Assembly: GCA_964442925.1 (NCBI GenBank)
Contig: CAYUEM010000001.1
Coordinates: 1-43,826, forward strand
DNA from: an uncultured Hyphomonadaceae bacterium
Lineage (GTDB): Bacteria > Pseudomonadota > Alphaproteobacteria > Caulobacterales > Hyphomonadaceae
Length of the DNA stretch: 43,826 bases
Direction of reading: 5' to 3'
Part shown: one piece after another, positions 9,720-19,600 of the stretch
Position numbering within the stretch: position 1 is the stretch's first letter
How the letters are laid out: the number at the start of each line of letters is the position of its first letter
The notes under the pieces: generated by a model
Seen by the model: the letters and a program-made list of their open reading frames with translations, nothing else
What the model was told of the DNA's origin: nothing
Database searches by the model: none
Position numbers and translations under genes: made by a program

Positions 9720-10361
9720 CTAGCTGCTGTGCGAAAAGATGTCCTGATCGGGCCAGCCTTCCAGATCGAGACTTGCGCGCCAGGGCAGGAAGTCGAAACA
9801 GGCCTGCGCCAGTGCGGTCCGCCCCTCGCGTTCGAGCATGGTCTCAAGCCCGGACTTGATTGCGTGCAGATGCAGGACATCGGATGCAGCATATTCCAGT
9901 TGCGCGCGGCTAAGCTCGGCCCCGCCCCAGTCGGAACTCTGCTGCGCCTTGGAAAGGTCAACCCCGGCGATTTCGCGGGCAACATGTTTCAGCCCATGCT
10001 GGTCGGTATAGGTGCGCGCAAGCCGCGAGGCGATCTTCGTGCACCAGACCGGTGCGCAATTGATGTGAAGCCATTTCTTCATCATTGCGATATCGAAACG
10101 CGCATAATGGAAGATCTTGAGCACTGAAGGATCGACCAGCAACGCTTTCAGCTGCGGACAGTCATAATCGCGCATCAGCTGCACAATATGGGCTTCGCCG
10201 TCGCCGGCTGACAGCTGGACCAGACAAAGCGCATCGCGAACCGGGTTCAGTCCCATCGCTTCGGTGTCGACGGCGACCTGATCGCCAAGATCGAGACCGG
10301 CGGGCAAATCGCCCTTGTGAAAATGAATATTGTTCAAGGTGTTTGACTCTCCGGCACACAT
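9720..10361 (-). CDS. Short RNase D-like 3-prime-5-prime exonuclease (DEDD family)
   Basis: VAVDTEAMGL (exo I), HYARFDIAMM (exo II-like) and LEYAASDVLHL (exo III with Tyr) motifs. Its size (about 210 aa) is typical of the alphaproteobacterial short RNase D. Confidence 0.75.
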   Translation of the reverse strand: MCAGESNTLNNIHFHKGDLPAGLDLGDQVAVDTEAMGLNPVRDALCLVQLSAGDGEAHIVQLMRDYDCPQLKALLVDPSVLKIFHYARFDIAMMKKWLHINCAPVWCTKIASRLARTYTDQHGLKHVAREIAGVDLSKAQQSSDWGGAELSRAQLEYAASDVLHLHAIKSGLETMLEREGRTALAQACFDFLPWRASLDLEGWPDQDIFSHSS

Positions 10362-10497
10362 GATCGCCTGACCGCTTGTAGGCCCTTCTTTGACCGATCA
10401 CCAGAGCCAGCCTTGGCGCAATGACAGTGATTTAAGCCGCGCAAGGGTGGCCGTAGGGCCGTGCGGGACATATCATGTTACTGAGGGGGACCTTCTG

Positions 10498-11772
10498 ATG
10501 TCATCATTTCTTGCCTATGCCCCGCTTAACGCGTCCAGTCCGGTTGCCTGTTATCTCGCAGTGCGCGACCAGACGACCGCGCTGGCCACCACGCTTTCAG
10601 ATGCCGACGCCACGGCCCAGTCGATGGAGGATGCCAGCCCGGCGAAATGGCACCTCGCGCACACCACATGGTTCTTCGAGAGTTTTCTGCTCAAGCCGCA
10701 TCTGCCCGGATACGAGGTCTTTGCAGACGGCTATGACTATTTGTTCAATTCCTATTATGAGGGTGCCGGCGAGCGGCATGCCCGTCCCCGCCGGGGGCTG
10801 ATCACACGGCCGGGCCTGGGTGAAATCGGCGACTATCGCGGCCATGTCGATGCAGCGATGCAGCGGCTGATCGAGGCTGGCGGCGACGCTCGCTTGTCGG
10901 GGCTGATCACGCTCGGGCTCAATCACGAACAGCAACATCAGGAATTGTTGCTGACCGATATCCTTCACCTGTTTGCGCAAAATCCGCTGCGGCCTGCGTT
11001 CCGCGATCCTGAACCGCTGGCGCTGGATGCCGGTGCCCCTCCTGGGCCTGACTATTTCCCGTATCAGGGCGCGATCGCCCGGATCGGCCATTCCGGCGAA
11101 GCTTTCGCATTTGACTGCGAAAGCCCGCGCCATGACGTTCTGCTTGCGCCTTTCGAGCTTGCTGCGCGCGCTGTCACCAATGGTGAATGGATCGATTTCA
11201 TCGCCGATGGCGGTTATCAAAACCCGCACATCTGGCTGTCGGACGGCATCGCCCGGGTGCGCGAAGCCGGCTGGAAGGCCCCGCTCTACTGGCAGAACCG
11301 CGATGGTGAATGGTGGTCGATGACCCTGCGTGGTTTCCAGCCCGTCGATCCGGCTGCGCCGGTCTGCCATGTCAGTTTTTACGAGGCCGAAGCCTTCGCC
11401 CGCTGGGCTGGCGCGCGATTGCCAACCGAGGCGGAATGGGAGGTTGCAGCCAGCACTGTGCCGGTTGATGGCAATTTCGCATCCACAGGCCGCCTGCGAC
11501 CGCGTGCGCAGACGGGTCTGGGTGCGTATCCGGCTGGCCTTTTCGGCGATGTCTGGGAATGGACTGCCAGCGCCTTTCTGCCCTATCCCGGCTATCGCCC
11601 CCTGCCGGGAACGGTCGGCGAATACAATGGCAAGTTCATGAGCGGCCAGATGGTGCTGCGCGGCGGCAGTTGTGCCAGTCCGCAGGGACATCTGCGCGCC
11701 AGCTACCGCAATTTCTTCCCGCCCGACAAACGCTGGCAATTTTCCGGCGTCCGGCTTGCGCGCGACGGCTAA
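10498..11772 (+). CDS. egtB: Ergothioneine biosynthesis sulfoxide synthase EgtB (DinB_2 + FGE-sulfatase domains)
   Basis: DinB-like N-domain ([32 protein letters not shown]) and a C-terminal FGE-sulfatase-like domain ([25 protein letters not shown]). Followed by egtD. ATG at 10498 preferred to TTG at 10390. Confidence 0.85.
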   Translation: MSSFLAYAPLNASSPVACYLAVRDQTTALATTLSDADATAQSMEDASPAKWHLAHTTWFFESFLLKPHLPGYEVFADGYDYLFNSYYEGAGERHARPRRGLITRPGLGEIGDYRGHVDAAMQRLIEAGGDARLSGLITLGLNHEQQHQELLLTDILHLFAQNPLRPAFRDPEPLALDAGAPPGPDYFPYQGAIARIGHSGEAFAFDCESPRHDVLLAPFELAARAVTNGEWIDFIADGGYQNPHIWLSDGIARVREAGWKAPLYWQNRDGEWWSMTLRGFQPVDPAAPVCHVSFYEAEAFARWAGARLPTEAEWEVAASTVPVDGNFASTGRLRPRAQTGLGAYPAGLFGDVWEWTASAFLPYPGYRPLPGTVGEYNGKFMSGQMVLRGGSCASPQGHLRASYRNFFPPDKRWQFSGVRLARDG

Positions 11773-11800
11773 CGCGCGCGTCTCAGCGAAAGAGGACCAG

Positions 11801-12745
11801 ATGACAGATAAGGATGCGCCGGCGGCTGACCCCGCCTTCCAGCAGAATGTGCTTGAGGGACTTGCAAGGCCGCAAAAGGCAATCTCCTCGCGCTGGCTTT
11901 ATGATGAGATCGGCTCGCATCTGTTCGAACAGATCACACAGCTGGATGAATACTATCCCACGCGCACCGAGGCGGCGATCTTTCAGGCGGCCCGCAGCGA
12001 AATCGCGCAGGCCTGCGGAGCCGGGGCCGTGATCGTGGAATATGGTGCCGGCGCAGCGATCAAGACGCGGATCCTGCTGGCGGCACTTGAGCGGCCCTGC
12101 GCTTATGTTCCGCTCGATATCTCGGAAGATTTCCTGCACGCGGCGGCGCGCGATCTGGCGCGGGATTTTCCCGGTCTCGATATCCACCCGATCGCAACCG
12201 ACTTCATGACACACACGGACCTGTCGCAGCTGCCCGATTGCGGCGGGCGCCGTATCGGGTTCTTTCCCGGCTCGACGATTGGCAATCTGACCGATGCGCA
12301 GATCGGTGTGTTCCTGACCGAGGCACGCCGCGCACTTGGCCCGGATGCGCGCTTCCTGCTGGGCGTCGATCTGCGGAAATCGCCGGAAATTCTCATTCCC
12401 GCCTATGATGATGCACGCGGTGTGACCGCCGCCTTCAACCTCAACCTGCTGCAGCGCATCAACCGCGAGCTTGGCGCTGATTTCGATATCGCCGCATTCG
12501 CACATGAGGCGCGATGGAATGATGCAGAAAGCCAAATCGAGATGCATCTCGTCGCAAGGCAGGCGCTGCGCGTGCATCTGGCTGGCCTGACGTTCGAGTT
12601 TTCCGCGGGCGAGAGCATACTGACCGAAATTTCCCGCAAGTTCGAAATCGCATCGCTTGCCCGGCTGGCCGCGCAAAGTGGCTGGACGCTGGACCGGCAA
12701 TGGAGCGATCCGGCCAATTATTTCTGCGTCGCCCTGCTGAGCTGA
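11801..12745 (+). CDS. egtD: L-histidine N-alpha-methyltransferase EgtD
   Basis: EgtD-type sequence (KAISSRWLYDEIGSHLFEQITQLDEYYPTRTE, VEYGAGAAIKTRILL, FFPGSTIGN). ATG at 11801 follows AAAGAGGA; the upstream extension from 11672 overlaps egtB. Confidence 0.85.
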   Translation: MTDKDAPAADPAFQQNVLEGLARPQKAISSRWLYDEIGSHLFEQITQLDEYYPTRTEAAIFQAARSEIAQACGAGAVIVEYGAGAAIKTRILLAALERPCAYVPLDISEDFLHAAARDLARDFPGLDIHPIATDFMTHTDLSQLPDCGGRRIGFFPGSTIGNLTDAQIGVFLTEARRALGPDARFLLGVDLRKSPEILIPAYDDARGVTAAFNLNLLQRINRELGADFDIAAFAHEARWNDAESQIEMHLVARQALRVHLAGLTFEFSAGESILTEISRKFEIASLARLAAQSGWTLDRQWSDPANYFCVALLS

Positions 12746-12755
12746 AGCCGCGGCG

Positions 12756-12784
12756 TTGACAGCCTGCCGGCTTCTGGTTCTTAA
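12756..12784 (+). promoter_or_regulatory. Weak sigma-70-like promoter candidate upstream of the RyR/protease operon
   Basis: TTGACA at 12756-12761, a 17-nt spacer, then TCTTAA at 12779-12784, in the 83-bp gap between egtD and the 12829 ORF. The -10 match is poor. Confidence 0.2.
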
Positions 12785-12828
12785 CTGTTCGGTAAGGGAA
12801 TGGGGGAAACCGGGCGGGGAGCCGGGAC

Positions 12829-14865
12829 ATGGCGTCAGAAGATGGCAAGACACGGCAAACCCGCTTCGGCGCGATGGGACAGCGCAGTGTTTGGGATGTG
12901 CCGATCGGCTGGCTGCTGATTGGCGGCGTTATGGCGATTGTGCTGGCCTTTGCCGGCTGGATGAGCGTGCTGCGTCCACAGGAAACCGGCCTGGCGCGGA
13001 TCGGCGAGGCGGTCTATCGCGCTCTTGCCGTCAACACCATGTCCGACATCTATTCCCGGCCGATGAACGACGCGGATCTCGATCCTTCTGCGCCCGCTTA
13101 CGGCTTTTTCCTGCTGACACTGGCGCGCTGGATTGGTGCCCTGGTGTTTTTCCTGACCCTTGCCAAAGTCGTCGTCCGCCTGTTCTGGCAGAATGTCCTG
13201 ACCTGGTGGGCAAGTCGTTTCTACAGCGATCATGTCGTGATTGCCGGCGACCGGCCATTTGCCCGCCATGCCGCTGAGGAAGCGGTGCGAAAGGGGCTGA
13301 AAGTCGTGCACTTCATGCCGGGTGGCCAGGAATTGGTGCGCGATGGTGTTCTCACTCTGGACAGTGATATCGGCCTTGAGGGCATGCTGCGGCTGTCGGG
13401 TGCGCATCGCGCCCGCTCGCTGGTCTTTGCCTTTTCCGACAATGCCGAAAATGCAGACCTGGCGCGGCGCTGCTTTGTCATGGACGCCTTTTCCGAGGCC
13501 GCAGAGACCCATAAGCGCCGCGAAACCGGCCAGATCGGCCCGCGCGAACGTGTCGGCCCGCACATTTTCGTCATGCTGGATGATGACTGGTTCGAACACC
13601 GCGAAGAGCTCAATTACGCGTTTCACAAAGCCCCCGAAGGCGAGGGCACCACCAGTGGCGGCAAGCTTGACTCCATCGTCGAGATCATCAGCGAAAGCCG
13701 CGCAGCTGCGCGCGCCGTGCTGGGTCGTCACCCGCTTTTCACGCTGCAGGAGGGCGGCATCCAGCATACGCTGCTGCTGGGCTTCGGAACGATGGGCGAA
13801 GCGCTGCTGACGGAGATTTGCGAAAGCCAGCGGATCGACCCGGACCGACCGCAGAAGATCACCATTCTCGATCCTGACCCGGAAAGCTGGGCCCGGTTCG
13901 AGCGGCGCTGTCCAGGCTGGCAGGAGGTGTTCGACGGCGCTTTCTTCCCAGCCCGCCTTGATGCGCCGGGCGTGCACGAAGCCGGCCTTCTGCAGCGTCT
14001 CAATTCAGCGCCATTGACGGCGGCTTATGTCGTGACGGGTGCAAGGCTCGACCCGGTCATTGGCGCTGCGCAGCTCAAACAGTGGCTCGACCAGCAAAGC
14101 GAAGAAGGCCGGCTCGACGCGGAGGATATGGCCTTCCCGGTCTTTGCCTGTGTGCGTGGTGGCTCGGCGCAGTCCGGCCCGCTTGCGGCGCAACAGGTTC
14201 AGATCGCCGGCGATGGTCCGGTTATGGCGCGCCTGCCGATCATCGCCTTCGGAGCCTGGCCGGAAGTGGTCGCCGCCGCGCGCGTTCTTGACGAGGAGCC
14301 CGATGCGGCTGCCTTTCTGGTCCACAGCGTGCACAATCAGCTGTTCAGCCCCGATCCGCCGACAAACTGGAGCCAGGTCGAGGAGGTCAACCGATATTCC
14401 AGCCGGTCAGCTGCCAATTTCATTCCGGCGCTGATCCATGCGGCGGGCTATGACCTTGGTGACTGGCTGAAAGCGAGCGCGCCCCTGCCGCCTTCGATCA
14501 ACCGGTTGCCGAAGATCGCTGCGGGCCGGCAACTGGCCGAAGGCGACAGCGAGGAAATCTATCTCGCCAGGCTGGAACATGCGCGCTGGCGGGCGGAACG
14601 GTTCCTGCGCGGGTTTCGCTGGGCGGAGCAAACGGACAAGCCGCGCCGGCGTCATGCCGATCTGGTTGAGTTTGCGCAACTGCCGGCTGCCGCGCAGGAC
14701 TACAATATCAACTATGTCCGCACCCTCTCCGACAGTTTGCTACCAGCTGCGCGCGGCGCACTTGCGCCTGACCGTCCGGCAGCGCACCGCATCCTGCTGC
14801 GTCCCAGCGACATGGCGTTGGCCGCGCGGTCCAGAACACGAGCGGAGGCGCTTGAAAATGCCTGA
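12829..14865 (+). CDS. Membrane protein with Rossmann (TrkA-N/RCK-like) region and C-terminal RyR-like domain (gene A of candidate system)
   Basis: Two N-terminal hydrophobic helices (IGWLLIGGVMAIVLAFAGWM; FFLLTLARWIGALVFFLTLAKVVV). A degenerate Rossmann start (HVVIAGDRPFARHAAEEAVRKGLKVVHF) and a second with an intact GxGxxG (LLLGFGTMGEAL, about 13771-13800). C-terminal LARLEHARWRAERFLRGFRW...RRHADLVEFAQLP resembles the RyR domain (PF02026). Confidence 0.75.
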   Translation: MASEDGKTRQTRFGAMGQRSVWDVPIGWLLIGGVMAIVLAFAGWMSVLRPQETGLARIGEAVYRALAVNTMSDIYSRPMNDADLDPSAPAYGFFLLTLARWIGALVFFLTLAKVVVRLFWQNVLTWWASRFYSDHVVIAGDRPFARHAAEEAVRKGLKVVHFMPGGQELVRDGVLTLDSDIGLEGMLRLSGAHRARSLVFAFSDNAENADLARRCFVMDAFSEAAETHKRRETGQIGPRERVGPHIFVMLDDDWFEHREELNYAFHKAPEGEGTTSGGKLDSIVEIISESRAAARAVLGRHPLFTLQEGGIQHTLLLGFGTMGEALLTEICESQRIDPDRPQKITILDPDPESWARFERRCPGWQEVFDGAFFPARLDAPGVHEAGLLQRLNSAPLTAAYVVTGARLDPVIGAAQLKQWLDQQSEEGRLDAEDMAFPVFACVRGGSAQSGPLAAQQVQIAGDGPVMARLPIIAFGAWPEVVAAARVLDEEPDAAAFLVHSVHNQLFSPDPPTNWSQVEEVNRYSSRSAANFIPALIHAAGYDLGDWLKASAPLPPSINRLPKIAAGRQLAEGDSEEIYLARLEHARWRAERFLRGFRWAEQTDKPRRRHADLVEFAQLPAAAQDYNINYVRTLSDSLLPAARGALAPDRPAAHRILLRPSDMALAARSRTRAEALENA

Positions 14866-16639
14866 TTATAACAAACTGATTTCCGATGGTGCCGGCACGC
14901 TGGTGCGGTTTCCCTCCGCAAATGACCCGGCTTTTACCCCCGGCGAGACCTATATTTCGGTCACGATCCGACGGATCAGCCTGAAGCGTGGGCGGGTGAA
15001 TTTGCGTAAATACGGGCCTTATGTCTGGGGCGTGCTCGGCCAGACAAGTTTTGACCAGCAGGTTGAACTGGCCGGCGTGTTTGCCCCTGCGCGCGAGGAT
15101 GACATGTTCGCCGGCGCTGCCGGGATCCCCGGTTCACAGGTTGGCGCACCGCTCGCGCAGCCGGAATTTTCCGCCGCCCCGGGGCCGATGCAGGCCGAAA
15201 GCTTTCGCCGGCTCGATCGGATGTTGCTTGTCAATCGCCAGCTGACGCCGCGTCTCGTATTTCAGGATGACGGACCGTTCGAGCTTGGCTTCGGCGCAAT
15301 CCTGCAAAAGGATCATCTCGCAGCGACTCTCAGCCTCGTCGAGCAGGTCGTCAAATCCCCGGTCGCGCAATTTGTCTCTGCGCTGGTGCCGCCGGTCGGC
15401 AAGATCGTAGACAGCGCATCGATTGCGGGCACGGTGCGCCGCCTGCTTGGCCGGCTGGATGACGACAAGGGCGCTGAGCGCCTTGCAGCGGTTTCAACGC
15501 GCCTTTCCCAGTTGCGTAACGAGGGTGGACAGCTGCTGGCGGGCACCTATGCGATGATTGCTGAAGATGATCTGCCCGGCGATCTGCGTTTTGATCCACA
15601 GCGCCAGTTGGTGATGCGTGCCGATACGCCTTTCGAGGATGCGCCGTATCTCGCCTTTGATCTTCAGTGCGAGACCACCCGGCCCGACTGGGGCAGCGTT
15701 CCCGATGTCAATTCGGCCTGGCGCACGCTGGAGGCGCAGGCGATGGATGGCGATGTCGAGGCGGCGCTCGCCAGCTTCCGCAGTGCGGTCTATCTGTCGC
15801 CGGATCTCGTGCCGGCCGACAGTCGCCGCCTGCATGAGGCGGCAAGGCGCAAGCTGGCGCCACTGATGGGCGGCGCGGAAAGCTTCTCGCTCGGCGGGCT
15901 GAAAATGCCGGCGCTGGGCCCGCTCGGCAAGGCGCTGCGCGATTCCTATGAAGAAGTGATGGCTGGTGGGTTTGGCGAGGTCCGCTCGGAATGGGATCGT
16001 TTTCACCGCTGTCATGAGGTGATGCGGATCAATGAGGGCGGTTATGTCGATCATCCGTCCGATCCGGGCGGGGCGACAAACAAGGGTGTGACCCAGGGCA
16101 CCTATGACGCCTGGCGCAAACGCAAGGGCCAACCGCGCCGGCATGTGCGCGAGATCGACGAAGCCGAAGTCATGCAGATCTATTTCGAGGGCTACTGGCG
16201 GGCCGGAAACTGTCACCGCATGCCGAACGAAGCGGTCGCGCTGGTCCTGTTCGACGCCTGCGTGAACCATGGCGCCGGTCCGGCAATGAAATTCATCCAA
16301 CGTGGGGCGGGGCTTAGCCCGCAGGATGTTGATGGCGCATTTGGCCCGCGCACGCTGCGTGCTGTCGAGATGACCGAACCGACGCTGCTGGTTGGCCGCG
16401 CGCTGGATGCGCGCTGGCGTTTCTTCGAGAAGATCATGGCCCGCAATCCGAAACTGGAGGATTTCCGCCGTGGCTGGCGCGCCCGGGTCGACGGGCTGCG
16501 CGCGATCACGCATCAGTGGCTGACCGGACAGGAAAGCGCCCTCGCGCCCCTTCCGGACGTGCTCGCCGAACATATAGCGCCGCCGCAGCTTGATGGAATT
16601 GACGCGGCAGGCCCGGAACATTCGGAGGCTGGATCATGA
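14858..16639 (+). CDS. Leaderless fusion of an unknown N-domain to a GH108 muramidase + PG_binding_3 module (gene B)
   Basis: ATG at 14858 with GGAGG at 14844-14848; it overlaps the gene A stop (ATGCCTGA). The C-terminal INEGGYVDHPSDPGGATNKGVTQGTYD is the GH108 (PF05838) core with the catalytic Glu. The following VDGAFGPRTLRAV...WRFFEKI resembles PG_binding_3. No signal peptide or TM segment is visible, and the first ~400 aa are unassigned. Confidence 0.8.
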   Translation: MPDYNKLISDGAGTLVRFPSANDPAFTPGETYISVTIRRISLKRGRVNLRKYGPYVWGVLGQTSFDQQVELAGVFAPAREDDMFAGAAGIPGSQVGAPLAQPEFSAAPGPMQAESFRRLDRMLLVNRQLTPRLVFQDDGPFELGFGAILQKDHLAATLSLVEQVVKSPVAQFVSALVPPVGKIVDSASIAGTVRRLLGRLDDDKGAERLAAVSTRLSQLRNEGGQLLAGTYAMIAEDDLPGDLRFDPQRQLVMRADTPFEDAPYLAFDLQCETTRPDWGSVPDVNSAWRTLEAQAMDGDVEAALASFRSAVYLSPDLVPADSRRLHEAARRKLAPLMGGAESFSLGGLKMPALGPLGKALRDSYEEVMAGGFGEVRSEWDRFHRCHEVMRINEGGYVDHPSDPGGATNKGVTQGTYDAWRKRKGQPRRHVREIDEAEVMQIYFEGYWRAGNCHRMPNEAVALVLFDACVNHGAGPAMKFIQRGAGLSPQDVDGAFGPRTLRAVEMTEPTLLVGRALDARWRFFEKIMARNPKLEDFRRGWRARVDGLRAITHQWLTGQESALAPLPDVLAEHIAPPQLDGIDAAGPEHSEAGS

Positions 16640-19600
16640 GTTTCGACACCACTCTCAACCCCGCAGAAGAGCGCGCCGAGTTCGAGGCTGCGCGCGCCGC
16701 ACTGATGGGGCTGGGACGCGAGGAGGCCCGGATCGACGCCATCGAAGCGGTGGCGCGGCTTGTTGGAGAGGCTGATGATCTGGGTGCTGAGGGCTCTGCG
16801 GAACTGCTCAGCGTCGCACAGACACTGCAGGACCGGCGCGCATTCGGGCTCATGCTTGTGCTGTGTCTGCTTGCGCGTCAGGCCGGTCTTGCCACTCCGA
16901 AACTGCGCCAGAAGGAAGTGCAGGCGCTGATCGAGCTTGGCCGGCTTGAAGAAGCCGTGCGCGAGGCGCGGGCACTGGCCGAACTGACGCGCAGCGCGCA
17001 GCCCGATGATCCCGCAGAGACTGCCAACTGGGCATTGTGGCGCACCGCACAGGGCAATATCGGGCGCGCCTACAAGCAGGCCTATGTCAATGCCGCGCTG
17101 GCCATGGCGGCAGGCGAAGGCGGCGACCGACAGCCCGATCCGCAGGACCTGAAAGCGGCGGTCGAAACCTACAGGGCCGTCTGGGAGCGCCATCAGGGTC
17201 CGGGCACGACTTATCATTGCGTCAATGCGGCAACGCTGATCATTCGCGCGGTGCGTGATCGTGCGACCGGTCGTGAAGGAGACTTCAGCTGGGCGCTTGA
17301 GGAAGATGCGCGCCGTCTGGCCGGGGACATCCTTCGCACGCATGAGAAAGAACTGCGCGCCGCGCTCGCGCCGGGGCCGCAAGCGGGCGGCGATGTCTGG
17401 ACGCTGGCAACCTGCGGGGAAGCCTATCTGGTTCTCGGACTGATGGAGGATGCAGCCCTTTGCTATGGTGCCTATGCGGGCCTTAAGGACGCGGATGCCT
17501 TCGAGATCGGCTCATCGCTGCGCCAGCTTGAGCAGGTCTGGCTGTTCGACGGCAAACGCGATGATGCTGGTGGGCGGATCGTGCGCCTGTTGAAAGGGGC
17601 ACTGCTCAATCTCGAACCGCGCGGCGCGGGCAGGGCGGCGCTGGATATCCAGCGCGAAAGCGTTGTTCTGTCACCACAGGAGGCCGGGCTGATGCGGGCC
17701 GACCTTGAAGGGCGTGAGACGATCGGCGAGGGCCCACCGCGTGACGGCTATGAAGCCTATTTCCAGAAGCGCGGTGCCGCGCGGGCGGCCGGAGGCATGG
17801 TCGATCTCGCCCGCATCCTCTCGGCTGCCGCCCGGGCACAGAGCGTCTGCGCAATCGAGACGCTGCAGGATGGCCGCTGGCAGAGGATTGGCACCGGTTT
17901 CGCCGTCAGGGGCGATGTGTTGCATGATGACTGGGGCGATCTCGACCTGATCATGTCCAATCATCACGTCGTGGCCCAGTCCGACGGCGCGCTGTCGAGT
18001 TCCTATCGCCGCTGCCGGGCCAACTTCGTGGAGTATGATCCGGTGTTGCAGGCCGAGCATGAACATCCGGTCTATTTCGATGACATCCTGTGGCGCTCCG
18101 GCGAGCGGGCAATGGACACGGCGGTTCTGGTGCCGCGCGGCAAACTGCCGGATGTGGCGCGGATCATCACCCGGGATGAAACCTCCAATTACCTGCCGAA
18201 GCGACCCGTGGATGGCGTCGACGGCACGGAAATGCATGTCGTGATCCTCGGCTTTCCCGGCGGCGGGGATATGCAGCTGTCATATGGTGACGAGATGCTG
18301 CTTGATCACAATGCCTGCGAGCCTGGCGCGCTTCCCGACCCTCAGCGGACCCTCAACGGCCAGCCTGTGCGCCTGCACTACCGCACGCCGAGCCGACCGG
18401 GCAGTTCCGGCAGTCCGGTCTTCATGGCCGGAAGCTGGGAACTGGTCGGCATACACCATCGCGGCCAGCGCGACTGCCCGCGCCTGCCGCCAAAACAAAG
18501 CACCTATGAGGCGAATGAAGGCATCTGGCTGCCATCGATCCGTGCGGCCATTCGCCGGGCCAGCCTGAAACTGGGCTCAGCCGATACGCCCGATTCCGGC
18601 GAGCCGCTGCCGGCGTCCGGCCACGCGCCGCAGGGGGAGCTGTTTGGTGCGGCGGCTGCGGCTTATCGCACGCTGCGCAATGCCATACCGGATGCCAGCG
18701 CCCTGCCGCGTCCGCGCGCATCTGAGCATGGCGGCCAGGTCAGCGCTGGTTCGGCCCCGGTGATCGGACGGCCCATCGGCACGGCGCGGCAAGCGGCCGG
18801 GGGCGTGCCACGCGGCGGCCTCGACATTCCGGGGCACACGGTTTTCCTCGCGCAATATGACAATGGCGATGTGGCGGATCGCTATTTGAAGCCGGGCCAT
18901 TTTCGCGGTGAAATGGAGCAGTTTCGCGCCCGCACACAGGGCTTTGAGACCGTGATCGGTGATGACAACCGCACCCAGATCCACGACACGGGTGCCGACC
19001 CGTTCCGGATGATCTGCGCGCTTGTCGTGCACTGGCCGCACATGCCGCCGACCAGCGGAACCGGCTTTCTGGTGGGCCAGCGCACAGTGCTCACTGCGGG
19101 CCACTGCATCCTGCCCGGACCGGGCTTTCCAGACCCTGCAGCGATCGAGGTGCGTCCGGGCCGGTCCGGCACAAGGGAGCCCTTTGCCGATACGCTGGGC
19201 GCGCTGGCAGCCGAGCGGATTTCGCTGCATACGCAATGGTCGGCGCGGTTTGATCCGCGCTTTGATGTCGGAGCGATCCATCTCGACAAGCCGGCAGGTG
19301 AGACCGTCGGCTGGTTCCGTGTCGGCGTGCGCGATCCCCAGCTGCTGACACGCCACTGGGCGCATGTCACCGGCTATCCCGGCGACAAGATCACGCAGGG
19401 TGCCGGTGAAGCGGGCGGAGCGCTCTATGCCGCCGAGCAATGGCACCATGCCACACCGATTGCGCAAGTGCATGACGGGCGCGTCTATTATCCTGCCGAT
19501 ACATTTGCCGGACAGAGCGGCGCACCCGTCTACATCCTCGATCAGGCCGATGGCCTTGCCACCGTGATCGGCGTGCATGCCTATGGTGTCGGTCCGAATG

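Noticed and set aside
10498-11772. The FGE-sulfatase domain of the 10498 ORF considered as part of the downstream conflict-like system (FGE-type domains occur in some conflict systems)
   Set aside because: The DinB_2 + FGE architecture, together with an adjacent EgtD, is the standard ergothioneine pair. It is separated from the RyR operon by an 83-bp gap with no coupling.
10597-12853. 380-aa and 356-aa minus-strand ORFs opposite egtB and egtD
   Set aside because: They are antisense to genes with clear family motifs. Their composition is low-complexity and no domain is recognisable.
12835-13977. 380-aa minus-strand ORF opposite gene A of the candidate operon
   Set aside because: It has no recognisable motifs. 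The plus-strand frame has TM helices, a GxGxxG loop and translational coupling, so the minus-strand ORF is a GC-driven shadow ORF.
14579-14857. In-frame upstream extension of gene B (the ORF track starts it at 14579)
   Set aside because: The extension overlaps gene A by about 290 nt and its translation is Arg/Cys/Ala-rich junk. ATG 14858 has GGAGG 9 nt upstream and the typical stop-start overlap.
15494-19578. Long minus-strand ORFs (375, 289, 188 and 333 aa) opposite genes B and C
   Set aside because: The plus-strand frames carry GH108 and trypsin catalytic motifs. The antisense translations are Arg/Ala/Pro-rich and featureless.
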